DNA of 61,561 nucleotides, filler included, from Hausera hauseri (Eukaryota): NCBI GenBank assembly GCA_046269625.1. It is 9 parts of 9 records of this genome, joined end to end, with 100 filler letters (N's around TTAATTAATTAA, not from the genome) between each part and the next. Parts side by side here need not be neighbours in the genome. Positions count along the whole stretch, not along the records: positions 46,444 to 51,058 come from JBJURY010503464.1; positions 51,159 to 56,381 come from JBJURY010304166.1; positions 56,482 to 61,561 come from JBJURY010342379.1; 6 more parts are not named here. One strand, 5' to 3'. Shown piece by piece: positions 50,205 to 61,561 of this stretch (position 1 is its first letter; each line of letters starts with the position of its first letter). The notes under the pieces were generated by a model. It saw only the letters and a program-made list of their open reading frames with translations, ran no database searches and was not told where the DNA came from. The position numbers and the translations under genes were made by a program.

Positions 50205-51058
50205 TAAATACCGGTTTTTCCCACCCCTCCGGGGTAATTGTTAAATCGATATTGCACATGTGCCAATCGATAGTGCACCCGGTGCATTATCGATCAGTAA
50301 ATGTGCATGGCCCATTGCTATTGCTATTGCAATTTTGCACTTTGCACATATTGATCGCTGTACAGTGCCCTATTGATCGAATCGATCGGGATAAAGTGGT
50401 AGTCGATAGTGCACATCAATGCACATCGGTTGTTATACAGTATAGTGCACCTGAACATGTGCAAATGGATGAAAATCAATAATATTGGATTTTCATTCAT
50501 TCATTATTTATGATTAGCACATTGCACCGGGTGCAATCGAGTAAAAAAACGGTGCTCTGTACAACTGTGCAATCAGAATTGAAATAAATAAAATGATTTT
50601 CGAATAATATTGATTCGGAAATTTAGTGGCGGAGAACTGATATAGGTTTTACGGCCCTAAGGAAGAAAAATTCCATAGTATGTTGAGCGGGGACAAACAG
50701 AAATCCATGTATGGAGATTACGAAGTCAGATATTCTAATTAGAAATTTTTTGACCGAATATCAAACTAAGAATTATTTGAAAAATATGATGACGTCATTA
50801 GATTTCCCATGTGTTGAAACCTCTCTAACCATTTAAATTATGCAATGAAAATGTACTATATCGTTAAATAATGAATAGAATGAATTAAGCAAAATGCACA
50901 TTTTATGCTCAATGAAGCATAAATCGAAAAATCTAAGCGTAGATAGATAGGAAACAGTATATGTAGAATCAAAATGTGATGTCAGATATTCGAAAACAAG
51001 TTTCCAAATCCAACACATAGATATTCGAACTTGAAAACTCGATCAACCGTAAATAATT
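50205..51058. repeat. Right arm of the long inverted repeat
   Basis: Revcomp matches left-arm modules; the inner boundary cccacccctccggggt mirrors ccccgccggggtggggtggg at ~48057-48076. Confidence 0.85.
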
Positions 51059-51158
51059 NNNNNNNNNNNNNNNNNNNNNNNNNNNNNNNNNNNNNNNNNN
51101 NNTTAATTAATTAANNNNNNNNNNNNNNNNNNNNNNNNNNNNNNNNNNNNNNNNNNNN
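51059..51158. other. Artificial contig linker
   Basis: N44-TTAATTAATTAA-N44. Confidence 0.99.
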
Positions 51159-53128
51159 AATTGAGGTGAAAGATACATTCGTTAACAGTGGGCTATCACA
51201 GACTGAATTAGCCAGGATCTGGGATTTGTGTGATATAAATAAGTCGGGCCTGTTGAACAGGTAAACGATCAACTGCATGTCCCAAATGTTCGTACCTCTT
51301 TGAAAAATGAACAAAATGCTAATCATAATTATTTATTCTTTTTTACAATATCTATACATTTCACTTTCACTCCTTCCTAGCTATGATTAACAAATCTTCT
51401 TTGTCTACTTGAATCCTAGAGTTTTGCCAAATTTTTGATTGAATCTTTCCTGATATAAGTACGCAATATTTCCTTGGCTCATTCTAAAACAAAAAATTAC
51501 TGTAAAATTGTTCATCTAACGATTCAAAGGAAGGGTTCGAGTTTTTGGGACATACTGTGTAATTGCATTATTTTCATACTGTGGTGCTGTGTAGCGAACA
51601 ATTCGCCCTTGCAATGCACCTGATTAATGAACAGATCAAGAGTGCTGGCACAAAACCTATTCCAGTTACATTGACTCCAGAAATGGTTCCACCGACACTG
51701 CGTGGTAAAATGAATGACACTACTGCTAGCACCAATAGCGAACAACTGACGTTGGCCAGTTTTGGGCTGAAAGCCGAGTCAGATGATGTGATGAAAGACA
51801 TAGAGGATGTGAAAAAGTATGCCGTTGATGGAGATTCGTCGTATTATTCATTCAGGGAACGGAGTATGATAGAACATGCCTGTCGACAGTTGGAGGTGGA
51901 TTTGAAAATGCAGACACAGGACGTATCGGATCTGCAGTCGACACTGGATATGACGATGCAGACGGCACAGATGTTGTCGACACAGAAATCTGAAGCCCAA
52001 CATCGACTGGATGAATTGACAGAACAACGGAATCGGACTCAAGTGTTACTCGATGAGACTCGACAGAAATGTGCTGAAGAACGAGAGGAACTGGAATCTT
52101 TGAAAAAACAGATTGGCAATCAGGCAGTATCGATCGAAGAAAAACGTGAAGAGCTGCGTCGACTCCAGGGAGAATTGAACGATTTAATGCGCAAGGAAAG
52201 TGCATTGCGTGATCAGGTGAACCAGCACAAAAACAAACTGAGTACAATTGATCAGGAGACAAAAAGTACGGAGACTCAGATCGAGGTAGCCGAGGAACGC
52301 AACAAGAAACTGGAATCTATTCATAACCGACTGCAGGAGGTGCTGACGCAGTACGAAGCAGTAATAAGCGATACTCAGAATCCACTGCCGAACGACAGCG
52401 TTGTTGACGAATTGCTTGCCACCAACGTCAGTGATATGGCTGTTGAGGACACGAAATCAGCTGTCCCGTGGAACTCAGATGATCCATTTATGAAGGATGA
52501 TCCATTTTCGTCAATCGCCGATCCGTTCGGCAATAGCGATCCATTCGCTCCGTCGATTGGCAGCAATGATCCATTTTCCGGTCACGATCCATTTGCACAG
52601 GACCCATTCGCCGTCAACGGATGGGCTTCAACGAGCAACGCAGCGGCCGTCACAACCGATCAGAACGCGGCATTCTCTATTGGGAACATCGACGATATAT
52701 TTGGCAACATGCGAGTATCCAGTTTGCCTCTTCCTCCTGCTGACAAACCGTCCTATCACGACAGCAACCCCGCTGTACAGAATCATCTAGACGACGATCC
52801 ATTCGGCTTTGGTGTATCACCGTTCGACAATTTCTCCGATAAGTCTATGCCACCACCACGACCATCCAAGGCACCGAAGTCATCTCAGTCGTATAAAGCG
52901 AAACAGGCGGTTGTCGGTGGGCAGAACAGTAACAACGTTAATGCATTCCAGTCCAACATTTCGGAGGAAAACCAAATTGAGTGGGCGAAACTGGAGAGTG
53001 AGAAAGAGGCCCGAGCAGCCGAGGCTGCACGGAAGCGAGAACAAGAAGATTTGGAGATGGCGATCAAGTTGAGTCGAACAGAGTATAAAACGCAGGAACG
53101 AAAAAAGGGAGCTAAGAACAAAAAATGA
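51159..53128 (+). CDS. EPS15: Eps15/Eps15L1-family endocytic adaptor, 5'-partial; exons <51159-51260 and 51595-53128
   Basis: EH domain 'SGLSQTELARIWDLCDINKSGLLNS|EQFALAMHLI' is joined by a GT-AG intron at 51261-51594; coiled coil; multiple DPF motifs; PPPRP; two UIMs (SEENQIEWAKLESE, EQEDLEMAIKLS). Confidence 0.93.
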
Positions 53129-53249
53129 GGAAGTGCATTAACGACTGCTGACAATGCAGAATTTCATTATTTTCAACCACTGTCTTTCTTTTCGAACAGA
53201 TGATCCGATTAATGTTGCGGCAGCGGCGCGTAGACCCGTCTGTACTGCA

Positions 53250-53277
<28 letters not shown>
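53250..53277. repeat. (TG)14 microsatellite
   Basis: Perfect dinucleotide run just downstream of the Eps15 stop. Confidence 0.97.
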
Positions 53278-53281
<4 letters not shown>

Positions 53282-54919
53282 TTTGCGTTACCGTTTGTTT
53301 GTAATTTCATACGATTGACTCCTTATAGACCTCTAGTGATTTTGATTTTTGACTTTGATCACCATCCTACTTGGTAGCGCCGACTCTGGTACTGGTATCC
53401 AGTTTATACGTGGTCGTTTATAATAATAATACAATTTGTGTACAATTGATACGTTTACTCCGTCGACATTGACGACTGGCTGTTACTTTTGTACGTTACT
53501 GCGTTGTTAATGCCCAATTATTATGACGGCTGATTATTAAGTCGGGCACAGTGTTGTTGGAAATAGATGTTGATATTTTCATTTTAGTTATCGACATGAT
53601 GAGATTTTTTAATTATATTTTTTGCAAATGTTTTCTTACTGTCGCGTTTAAATCTTACCGTTTTGATTATTTTGCCATATCAAACGTTTTTGAGGAAGCA
53701 TACCGGAAAGGTCTCATTTTCTCCTACTTAAATCAATATGAATTTACCATCTATTCCTCTGTTAACGAAATATGCATATCGTGTATGTATATTGCCGGAT
53801 TATGTACTTTTTGTGCAGTACTGCTCATGTACGTCGACATCGAACGGGTCGTACTTACAAGGAATATTCCAAAACTGTCGTAAGCCAAATTGACTGAAAA
53901 TTATAGAATTCATTGATTTCGTCGAGCAATTTTTCGTCAACGGTTTTCATTCTGTAAATTCTCGTCTTAACTATATATTTTAGTGACTGGGATTTTAGAC
54001 CTTAATGACGTCTAATTACCCTTAAGGGGTAATGAAAACCATAACAAGTTTAGAACAGAAAACGTTATTACAATCAAACAAATAATTAACCAAGGATCGT
54101 ACAACGATTCAACAAACTAATTGGCATCAGTGATCTTTTTCGGCTTCGGTTATCTCACAACGGTCTACCAATAATAGTAGATTTCAGTATCACAACTTTC
54201 GCAGCTCTCTTGTCCAATAGTTCGCTACAGAACTTTAACTTTTATCTGCTTCGAGTCCGATGGCTTTCGTCGTTTGAGTTCACTTGCAACTGTCCCTTAA
54301 CGTCTAATCACTTTTCTATTTATACACATCTTTATCTCATTAGTTTGCATATTGTAAGGGTTTTGTTTCACGTAATATTATGGATTTTTATCGTTTGTTT
54401 TAATTGATTATACATCGGCTACTTTTTCTATATACAACGTGCTATTTTCTCTGGTTAAATAACTGTTTAAAAATATTCACATCACCGCTTAACAAATAAT
54501 ATGTACAATTGCCCTTTTCTCATCTATTACACCGATCTACCGATAATAATATATACAATTGTTTTTGCAATATGCCCTTTTCTCATTTAATTCTTAACAT
54601 TCTGCGTGGTTCACAACAGATGTTATTGTGGCAACCTGTAAATGCAAGAGATTAGCTTCTGAAAATTACTGATTTATGCGTAAGGTTCGATAGATCAAAA
54701 ACGCAAAAGAACTTGGAAAAATAAGCAGCAAGTAATGTTTTCCCCCTGTTGGAAGTCCAGTTAGGATTATATAACTGGTTCCCAGTGTGCTTCCGGCTCC
54801 TGGCCTGTAAACTAAAATCCGTAAATATTTCAAAAGCGAAACTGATTTCAAAAAAAAATCAAAATGGAAGCAAATAGTTAACTGTAAATCAATGTATTGC
54901 AATGTTTGTACTAAAAATC

Positions 54920-56017
54920 AAAAACATAATTACAATATTTAAACAAAAGTCCAATAGCAATTCCAATTTGTAATGGACATGAAAAAACGAACCAAGAATA
55001 AATTATAAATTCCATAACATGTTCGGTATCCACACTTATTGGGTTAACAGTGTCACCGGATGTGTATTTTCTTCTAGCTTCATTGCTTATCTTTAATTAT
55101 TTTCCACAGATAATTCCAATCAATGCTGCCCGAACTTTTATACTGACATTTGACGTGATGTAGTAACACCGATTTCTCCAATACTGCTGAATATTCCTGT
55201 CAAGAGGAATGCAGCCGCTAGACCGTAGCCTTGCCAAGTGTAAGTGTGTTTGTTTTATACAAAATTTAGAAGGATTTTCAATAGAAATGTCTGTGAAAAA
55301 AGAAAAATTGAATGGGCGAATTCGAATATCCAGGAGATCAATAAGAAGGGGAAATAAATTTTGGCTAAACTTTTAATTAAAGCATTCCCAGGCCTAAAGT
55401 CATTTGACACATCGGTTCGAATAGCATAATCATCATTATCACCGTCATCGTCTACCAACAGAACGTATTTTCCATCTGAACTCAACTGTTGTACATTTAT
55501 CTTTTTCCTCTGAAAGTGTCGAAAGCGTTTCTTTCTTTTTCGGAGAATTTTCATAAACGTCTCTTCCAATAAATTTGTATTTCTCGTTGCTTCGTCTTGT
55601 TGAAGTAGGCCGAATGCCGTTTCTTCTGGAATATCTTTACTAAACCATTTGTAAATATACGGTTTAATCCAAAAATATGTTAGCTTTGACGGAATGGACG
55701 CAAACTCTTCCGGACAGGAATCCGTTTTTGTTAGAATTGAGTTTTCTTTTGAATACCGACTGAAACACTCCATAAAAAGTTGATAAAGAACAAAATCATT
55801 GACATAGCAGACAATGTAATGTGATGATAGCGGCGAAATTTTCTAAACTAAATTCAAATTGAAAATCGATAAACTATGCATTGTTGGACACTTTTATGAT
55901 ATTGCTGTAGAATACAGTTAGATAGGCTGCAGTCGACATTAACCAGAATGCGAAAAGCAGTGGGCATACTGGACAGAATGTTTGACGTCTGATTTCAGCT
56001 AATACCAGGGAAAGAAT
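54920..56017 (-). pseudogene. ABCC/MRP transporter fragment (TMD0 end, L0 linker, TMD1 start), pseudogenised
   Basis: 'LLFAFWL', 'CPEEFASIPSKLTYFWI', 'LLKILLNFV*NKHTYTWQGY' and 'KVRAALIGIICGK*LKISNEARRKYTSGDTVN..SVD..PLQIGIAI'; two stops and a frameshift. Confidence 0.85.
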
Positions 56018-56381
56018 CTACAATTTTCAACTAATGAAATTTTTATGATTAAGCGTTTCTGCTTCATTTTATAAAAAAGTCATTGTAATATTTTTATTAA
56101 GAATTAACTAAATATGTACGAAAAGCTTAAATAGATGTTTGGTACGCGCTAGAGTATATAGAAGGGAGGACAAAAGCACAAGCCCCCCCCCCCGGGAAGG
56201 AGAAAAGAAGTGGTTGGCAGATGAGTCATGGGATAGAAAAAACGCTACACACACGGTTAATAGGTTGGAGATTGGAGACACACGGTTACATAAGTGATAC
56301 ACACAAGCAGGCGTACTGTATGGATTCGAAATGTTTTAAAAATTTTGAATTTCGCGTGCCAAAATTTTTTTTGTTTAAATT

Positions 56382-56481
56382 NNNNNNNNNNNNNNNNNNN
56401 NNNNNNNNNNNNNNNNNNNNNNNNNTTAATTAATTAANNNNNNNNNNNNNNNNNNNNNNNNNNNNNNNNNNNNNNNNNNNN
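56382..56481. other. Artificial contig linker
   Basis: N44-TTAATTAATTAA-N44. Confidence 0.99.
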
Positions 56482-56482
56482 T

Positions 56483-57250
56483 TTGTCAGCAATAACGGAT
56501 AGAATTATAAAAGATTCTGATGAATCAACCAATGGGGAAGGAAAATTTGCACGGAAAATGGGTGAAACTCTTGTGTCATTTGAATGTACTAGAGTAACCG
56601 TTAAGTTAAGACCAACTTCTGATTGTACCATAGAATTATCAATATGGTACAAAGAAAAACCGTGCTTTCTACAACCAGTTACTCGGATTTTATTAGATAC
56701 CATGGAGAAACCATATGTACATCAAGATTGTACATATACAATGTCGCCTGCGTTCAGACTGAGCCAAAAATTTTTGGGTAAAAATGCCCAAGAAGGAAAA
56801 AATTATGCCATCCTGTAGAATCAGTTTTATTGACCTAACGACCGAACAGACGTATAAACCATTATCAGGTTTAGTAAATGTGGGTGTATATTCTGAATAA
56901 GATGTGGAAAATCATAGAAGAATGATGATGTTTCCACAGCAGAGACAGAAAGTAGTAACAGAAATGGCTATGAAAGTGTTGGACCACCATACTGGAAAAG
57001 CTAATTGGAAAAGCTTGATAGGACCTGATTATGCAAAATGGATAGCTAAAGATATATTTGCAACTGGATGAGGATGGTACATGTAGTTGGGACAGTTTAA
57101 TTCTGTATGACTATGGTTTTACTAAATCTTTGCTTTTGTAAAAGCAATCTTAACGATGGTAACAAAAGCGTATGGTATAAAACAAGCCGCTGATTGTATA
57201 TGGAAAATTATTTATGCAGTGATACCATTTCTGGAAAGTTGTTTCCTAAT
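56483..57250 (+). pseudogene. Chuvirus-like (class III, gB-like) glycoprotein C-terminal half, env-like endogenous copy
   Basis: 'GKFARKMGETLVSFECTRVTVKLRPTSDCTIELSIWYKEKPCFLQPVTRILL..C....PAFRL', then 'GVYSE*DVENHRRMMMFP' and a hydrophobic TM region. This follows the Cys/GE/FLxPxxRIL/GIY..MFP pattern of chuviral glycoproteins; disrupted by stops. Confidence 0.7.
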
Positions 57251-57571
57251 AAAATTATGCGGAATGGAAACAGAAGAATAAAAATAAAGAGGAATCAAAT
57301 AAAGATGAGGATTGACCTCCTCCAACAAAAACAAAAGAAGATAGAACTTCAACCACTTTGAAATACTAAGAAAACATGGAGCTCAGTTATGGCCCAAGGC
57401 AAAAAGCGAAGAGCGCTGCTTTCCGATATTCCACAAATGACGAGATGGAATGAATATCCAATGGAACAGCAACCATTCATTTCCCATAATGAATATTTAG
57501 ACATGCATTGTTCTAGCGATATTTTTTATCAATCAGCCCCAAAGGAAGCCTTAATAACCAGTATAGATTAA

Positions 57572-57900
57572 GGTAAAGTAATACCTCTCATAGTAGTATG
57601 GATAGATAAGCATACTGTTACCGTTATAATTGATACTGGAGCATCTGACTACATAATTTCACTGAAGAAACTACCAGAACCGTAAAGAAAAAGCTACAAA
57701 GCCAACGGAAGATATCACAAATGTAGGAGCTTTCGGAACTAAGGTACAAGTAACAGATTTGTTAAAATGTCAAACTGTGGAAAGCCCACACTATTGACAC
57801 TATTGGAGAACAACAAGTAATTGTTCAAATAGCCAATGTTTCAAACAAACCTAAACTCCTTAGGAAAGGCACAAGGATTGCCTACCTATATATTATAAAG
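57572..57900 (+). pseudogene. Retropepsin-type aspartic protease fragment
   Basis: 'PLIVVWIDKHTVTVIIDTGASDYII' (DTG at 57632) and downstream 'VIVQIANVSNKPKLLRKGTRIAYL', which resembles the post-protease segment of gypsy polyproteins. Confidence 0.8.
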
Positions 57901-59241
57901 GATATAGGTAACAAAGCATCAGAAAAAGAAAAGGAGTTCTGCAAAAACAAACCCGATGTAAAATAAACATGTCTGCAAAATGTGATACGCTCAAGTGCAA
58001 CATGCTGGAGTCAAGCGACAGAAAAACAGAAATAATCGAATCAGAGAAGTTGATGCTCATGCCAAGCAGGAAGATACGAATAACCGAAATAGAGAAACCG
58101 ATACTTCTGTCAGGCAGTAAGGCACGAACAATTGAAAGAGAGAAATCATACTGATGCCAGACAGGAAGAAACGAACACTGTAAATTGAGAGACCTATGCC
58201 TACGAAGAGAAAGAAAACGCTGCACAAGGAGGAAAGGGCTTCGTTAATGGCACTAGCGATAAGAATGGACAGAAGATTAACGTCGCGACGAACAGAAAAA
58301 CTCACGCTTGTATGTAGCAGAGAACTAGCGTTTGGAATCGAGAGTCCGGTGGCGAAGAATCGAAATATTATCCTACGAAGAGGAATGCACCTGGGAGAGG
58401 TCCCGATAAACGGACAGGATGACATCATGGACTTCACGGCCTCTGGCGACGCGGCAGTGCTCACGAAGTGCACCGGTACAGACCAGGTGGAAGTGGATCA
58501 CGATGAGAGTGGGAGCGTGCTCTCGGGTAGAACATCGATCCATGACAATGACGATGTAAGATCGGAGACTTCAGCCACAAAGGGCCGCACTGAAGCGCAA
58601 ATAACCCGAATAAAAAAGAAAATGCCCGATCAAGGACTAGATTCGATGGTTCGCCATTTGAGGACTTTGGTGCCTCTAGACCCACAACTTCGAATCCGGA
58701 GTATCGAATTCCGCGAGAAACCCGGCCAGACAAATCTGGAGCAAAAATAGAGTATTTCGGCCGCGACTCCCAAAAGGGACCTGCCTTTCAGAGATACCTT
58801 CGAGCGAGTTCACGAACCGCCGAGTAGAACAGAAGGTACCAATGGATGACCCGACAATCAGTCTCGTGCCGATTCTATTCGGACTTCCGAGCAGCACGGG
58901 AACTTTTACAGCGCAGTAGGTTTGTGCAGCACCTTACTCAGTTGCCAATCTACGATCCGTATACGTTGCCTAAGACTCGCCTGAACCAATTCTATGCCGA
59001 TGGCTAGAATAGACGTTTTTTCAATTCGTCGGGGTTCATGGCAGTTTTCATTAGACTCATGGAGACAGTAGAGAGACTGTTTGAGTCGATGAATCCGACG
59101 GAATACGAATTCATCCCCACTCTCCCCTGTAGCGAGAAGCGATACTCGAGGTCGCCCGGACCCGACATGGAAAACTCGCTTGCGTCTTCCCGACGACATC
59201 AACGACCGGATCTTGCAAAATTTCCGTCCACCACATCGGAC

Positions 59242-59385
59242 GAAAAGGTGGAGGAATTTGTTTATGCAAATAGATGTTTGGCGCTTTTCTCGTTTTACAA
59301 TTACGCGTTTGTAACGATTTTTAAACTTTTATATGGCGTGTGTGTACCGAGCCATGAAAAGGCAACGTATAAGAAAGGAACTCAT
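59242..59385 (+). mobile_element. Possible PPT and start of a 3' LTR
   Basis: gaaaaggtggaggaa followed by TG at 59259, at the end of a GC-richer segment. Confidence 0.4.
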
Positions 59386-59394
59386 ACAGTAGTA

Positions 59395-60065
59395 CTGTAA
59401 TGACTTGCACAGTTGTTGCAAGAAGAACAGTTGCATTTCGATCATTTAGTTTTGTCCTGCTGAGAGCAGCTGTCACTGAGGGAGTGATGATATTCTTTCG
59501 TCCTCTCTTCCTTGTATATTTGGTTTGTTTCTCAACATCCGAACTGTGTTCCGCATTTTTCCCAAACTCTGTTTCTGAATCACCGATCGACATGTCAAAT
59601 AGAGTATCTTTTTCTTCATGGATCTGTTTATTCTTTACTTCGTCCTCTTGTTGTCTCTTCAGCATGACTCCTACTTTCAGCTCTGGACAATTTATCTGTG
59701 AAAACTTTATCCACACCAACCATTTTACCACGGCGTCCTTCTTCACGCTGCACAAGTAGAAAGTCTGCATCTCCTTGTATTTTAATTAACTCCAATGCCT
59801 TTGCACGTGAAATATCAAATTGTCTCTAGTCCTTGTTGCTTTTACTTTTCTTCAATTTCTGCCATTGAAAAAATATTTTGATTCCTTCAATAACGTGTTT
59901 CTTTTCTCATCATACTGGTCTTAATGGTCTTCTCCTGTGTGATACGCAAATGGAAAAAAAATGCCTTAACCTCCCTTTTACTCGGCAGTTTATTGCCAGT
60001 AAAATTTGCCAATGGCTGCTAAACCAACCACACATCACTAGATTTGTGAGTTCTCACAGTCGCAT
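59395..60065 (-). pseudogene. hAT-like transposase N-terminal fragment (same group as 41221-42552)
   Basis: 'FDISRAKALELIK..DADFL..QREEGRRGKMVGVDK' and 'KRGRKNIITPSVTAALSRTKLNDRNATVLL'. Confidence 0.7.
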
Positions 60066-61561
60066 TTCTGTAATTTATCATTAAAATAATCCATAACAAA
60101 TATGGAATAATCTATGCCTATAAGAAGTCAATCAACTAATATTATCAGTGTATTGTAATACTTTATGTATAAGTTTGTTGGAATTTTTGATCTAAGTATT
60201 TTTTAATTTGGCTCATATTTCACATACTTTTATCAAATTACAAAATGAACAAAACTTAGGGCGGCCCTAGCGCTATATACAAAGTGAAAATTAAGGAGCA
60301 CCCTAACATATATATAAAAGCAGTATAAGTATTGCACAGTAAATATATTGTACCTGTCGTTATGGTAAATTCCATATAGAATATACGTAGTGACAAACAA
60401 GCTGTTTAAAGATTTGTTCACTTTTAGTGGTATTAATACAACAGTACTTTCTAAAAGTGACGTTGAAGATAAATTGTATTGACTGTAAGTATTTTTTAAA
60501 GATATAATTTTAAATATACATTTAGTTTGTCAGTTAATCAATATAATTTATTGAACTATTATTTTATTGTATTTTAAGCATATCTTATTTGATTGAAGTT
60601 AATAGTGCTATCATTAAGTATTAATATCTTAAATTTTTCTGAACATAAATGAAAAGGATGGAAATTCGATTTTCGGCCAGGCTGAATTATACAACAAGTT
60701 GCCTTATAGAGCTTTGAAATTGGGAAGACAATTCAAATGTAATATTTAGCTGAAAAACATGCACATATTGAACTTTTTTGTTTAATTTTCACTTTAAATG
60801 TTTCCATTGCATCATTGACCTTGGTAATAAACCTGTTCGTTGTTGTTTTGTCCGGTGACCAGTGGCTCTCACACTTGTTTGTTTTCAGCACATTATTGAG
60901 CTGCAGCACTGGCTTACCTTTACACTTGTCAATCGTTTGGACTCAGTTACTTCTTGGATTCACAGCACAATGGTGCATCAGGGGTGGGTTAGCTTCGACC
61001 CCTCTTGCCACCTCAGTTCATTTAGAAGTCACGCTGAAGGTTTGTAAGTCCCAAACTGGGGTGTTTTGTAAAAGAACCTTTGGTAACTTAAAGCTGATAC
61101 AATTTACAAGAAATCATGAAGAGTTGCATGAGTTTATATGAACTGAAAAGAAAAAAGAATTCAGTTAATTGTAAAAGAAAAATATTGAATTATATAATCA
61201 TACAGTATAATCAGACTTTTGCTATAAAAATGGATTACTGTAGTATCTCTTCTGAGGCTTGGTGAACAGGTTTTAAAGAAGTCTTTTTGCTCACTTTCTT
61301 CACAATCATTGTGTTTTCTAAAGCTGAGGAAACACGAGCTAAGCTTCTCTGTTTACGTTGTCAAATCCTATAACTCGACCACAAACTAACGAAAGAGAAG
61401 TCACACACAATGTTCCGGCCCTGTATGTATACTCCGTCACCGATCATCTCACTGATTTTCAGAAGCTTTATAGGCTGTAAAGCTCTCAGCTTCTCAGCAG
61501 CTGCCGTGAATACTAACTCTGCAAAAAAAAGGGTCAATCAGTAGTCTCTTTAAAAAGAAAA

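Noticed and set aside
54920-55300. Stop-codon reassignment (TAA read as an amino acid) to explain in-frame stops
   Set aside because: The same regions also have frameshifts, stops of all three types occur in the decayed genes, and Eps15 and the HTH gene are clean in the standard code.
60815-61561. Coding remnant at the window end
   Set aside because: No motif could be assigned on either strand.

Overview
This window is not one continuous locus. It is nine unrelated contigs (1-4719, 4820-10015, 10116-15695, 15796-35681, 35782-40739, 40840-46343, 46444-51058, 51159-56381, 56482-61561) joined by eight identical 100-nt artificial linkers (N44-TTAATTAATTAA-N44), so adjacency across linkers means nothing. 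Eight contigs are AT-rich animal-type eukaryotic DNA. They contain decayed CsRn1-type Ty3/gypsy elements, a Prp8 pseudogene fragment, a 4-kb CACGTG-based satellite beside a Polinton-type PolB remnant, a triple-RING gene in front of a PPT/LTR, hAT-like DNA transposons, an inverted-repeat-flanked HTH gene, the 3' part of an intact Eps15-family gene, an ABCC pseudogene, and a chuvirus-like glycoprotein followed by a retropepsin. The standout is contig 4, which is GC-richer and intronless. It is a single frame of at least 6628 codons, open at both ends, built from 11-12 copies of a ~436-aa helical unit with a fixed cassette-insertion point, Ser-rich 7-aa VNTRs, eukaryote-like SH3/pTyr motifs and a C-terminal hydrophobic region. 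It most plausibly encodes a giant modular toxin or effector of a co-sequenced bacterium. All family assignments come from motif recognition by eye; no searches were run.
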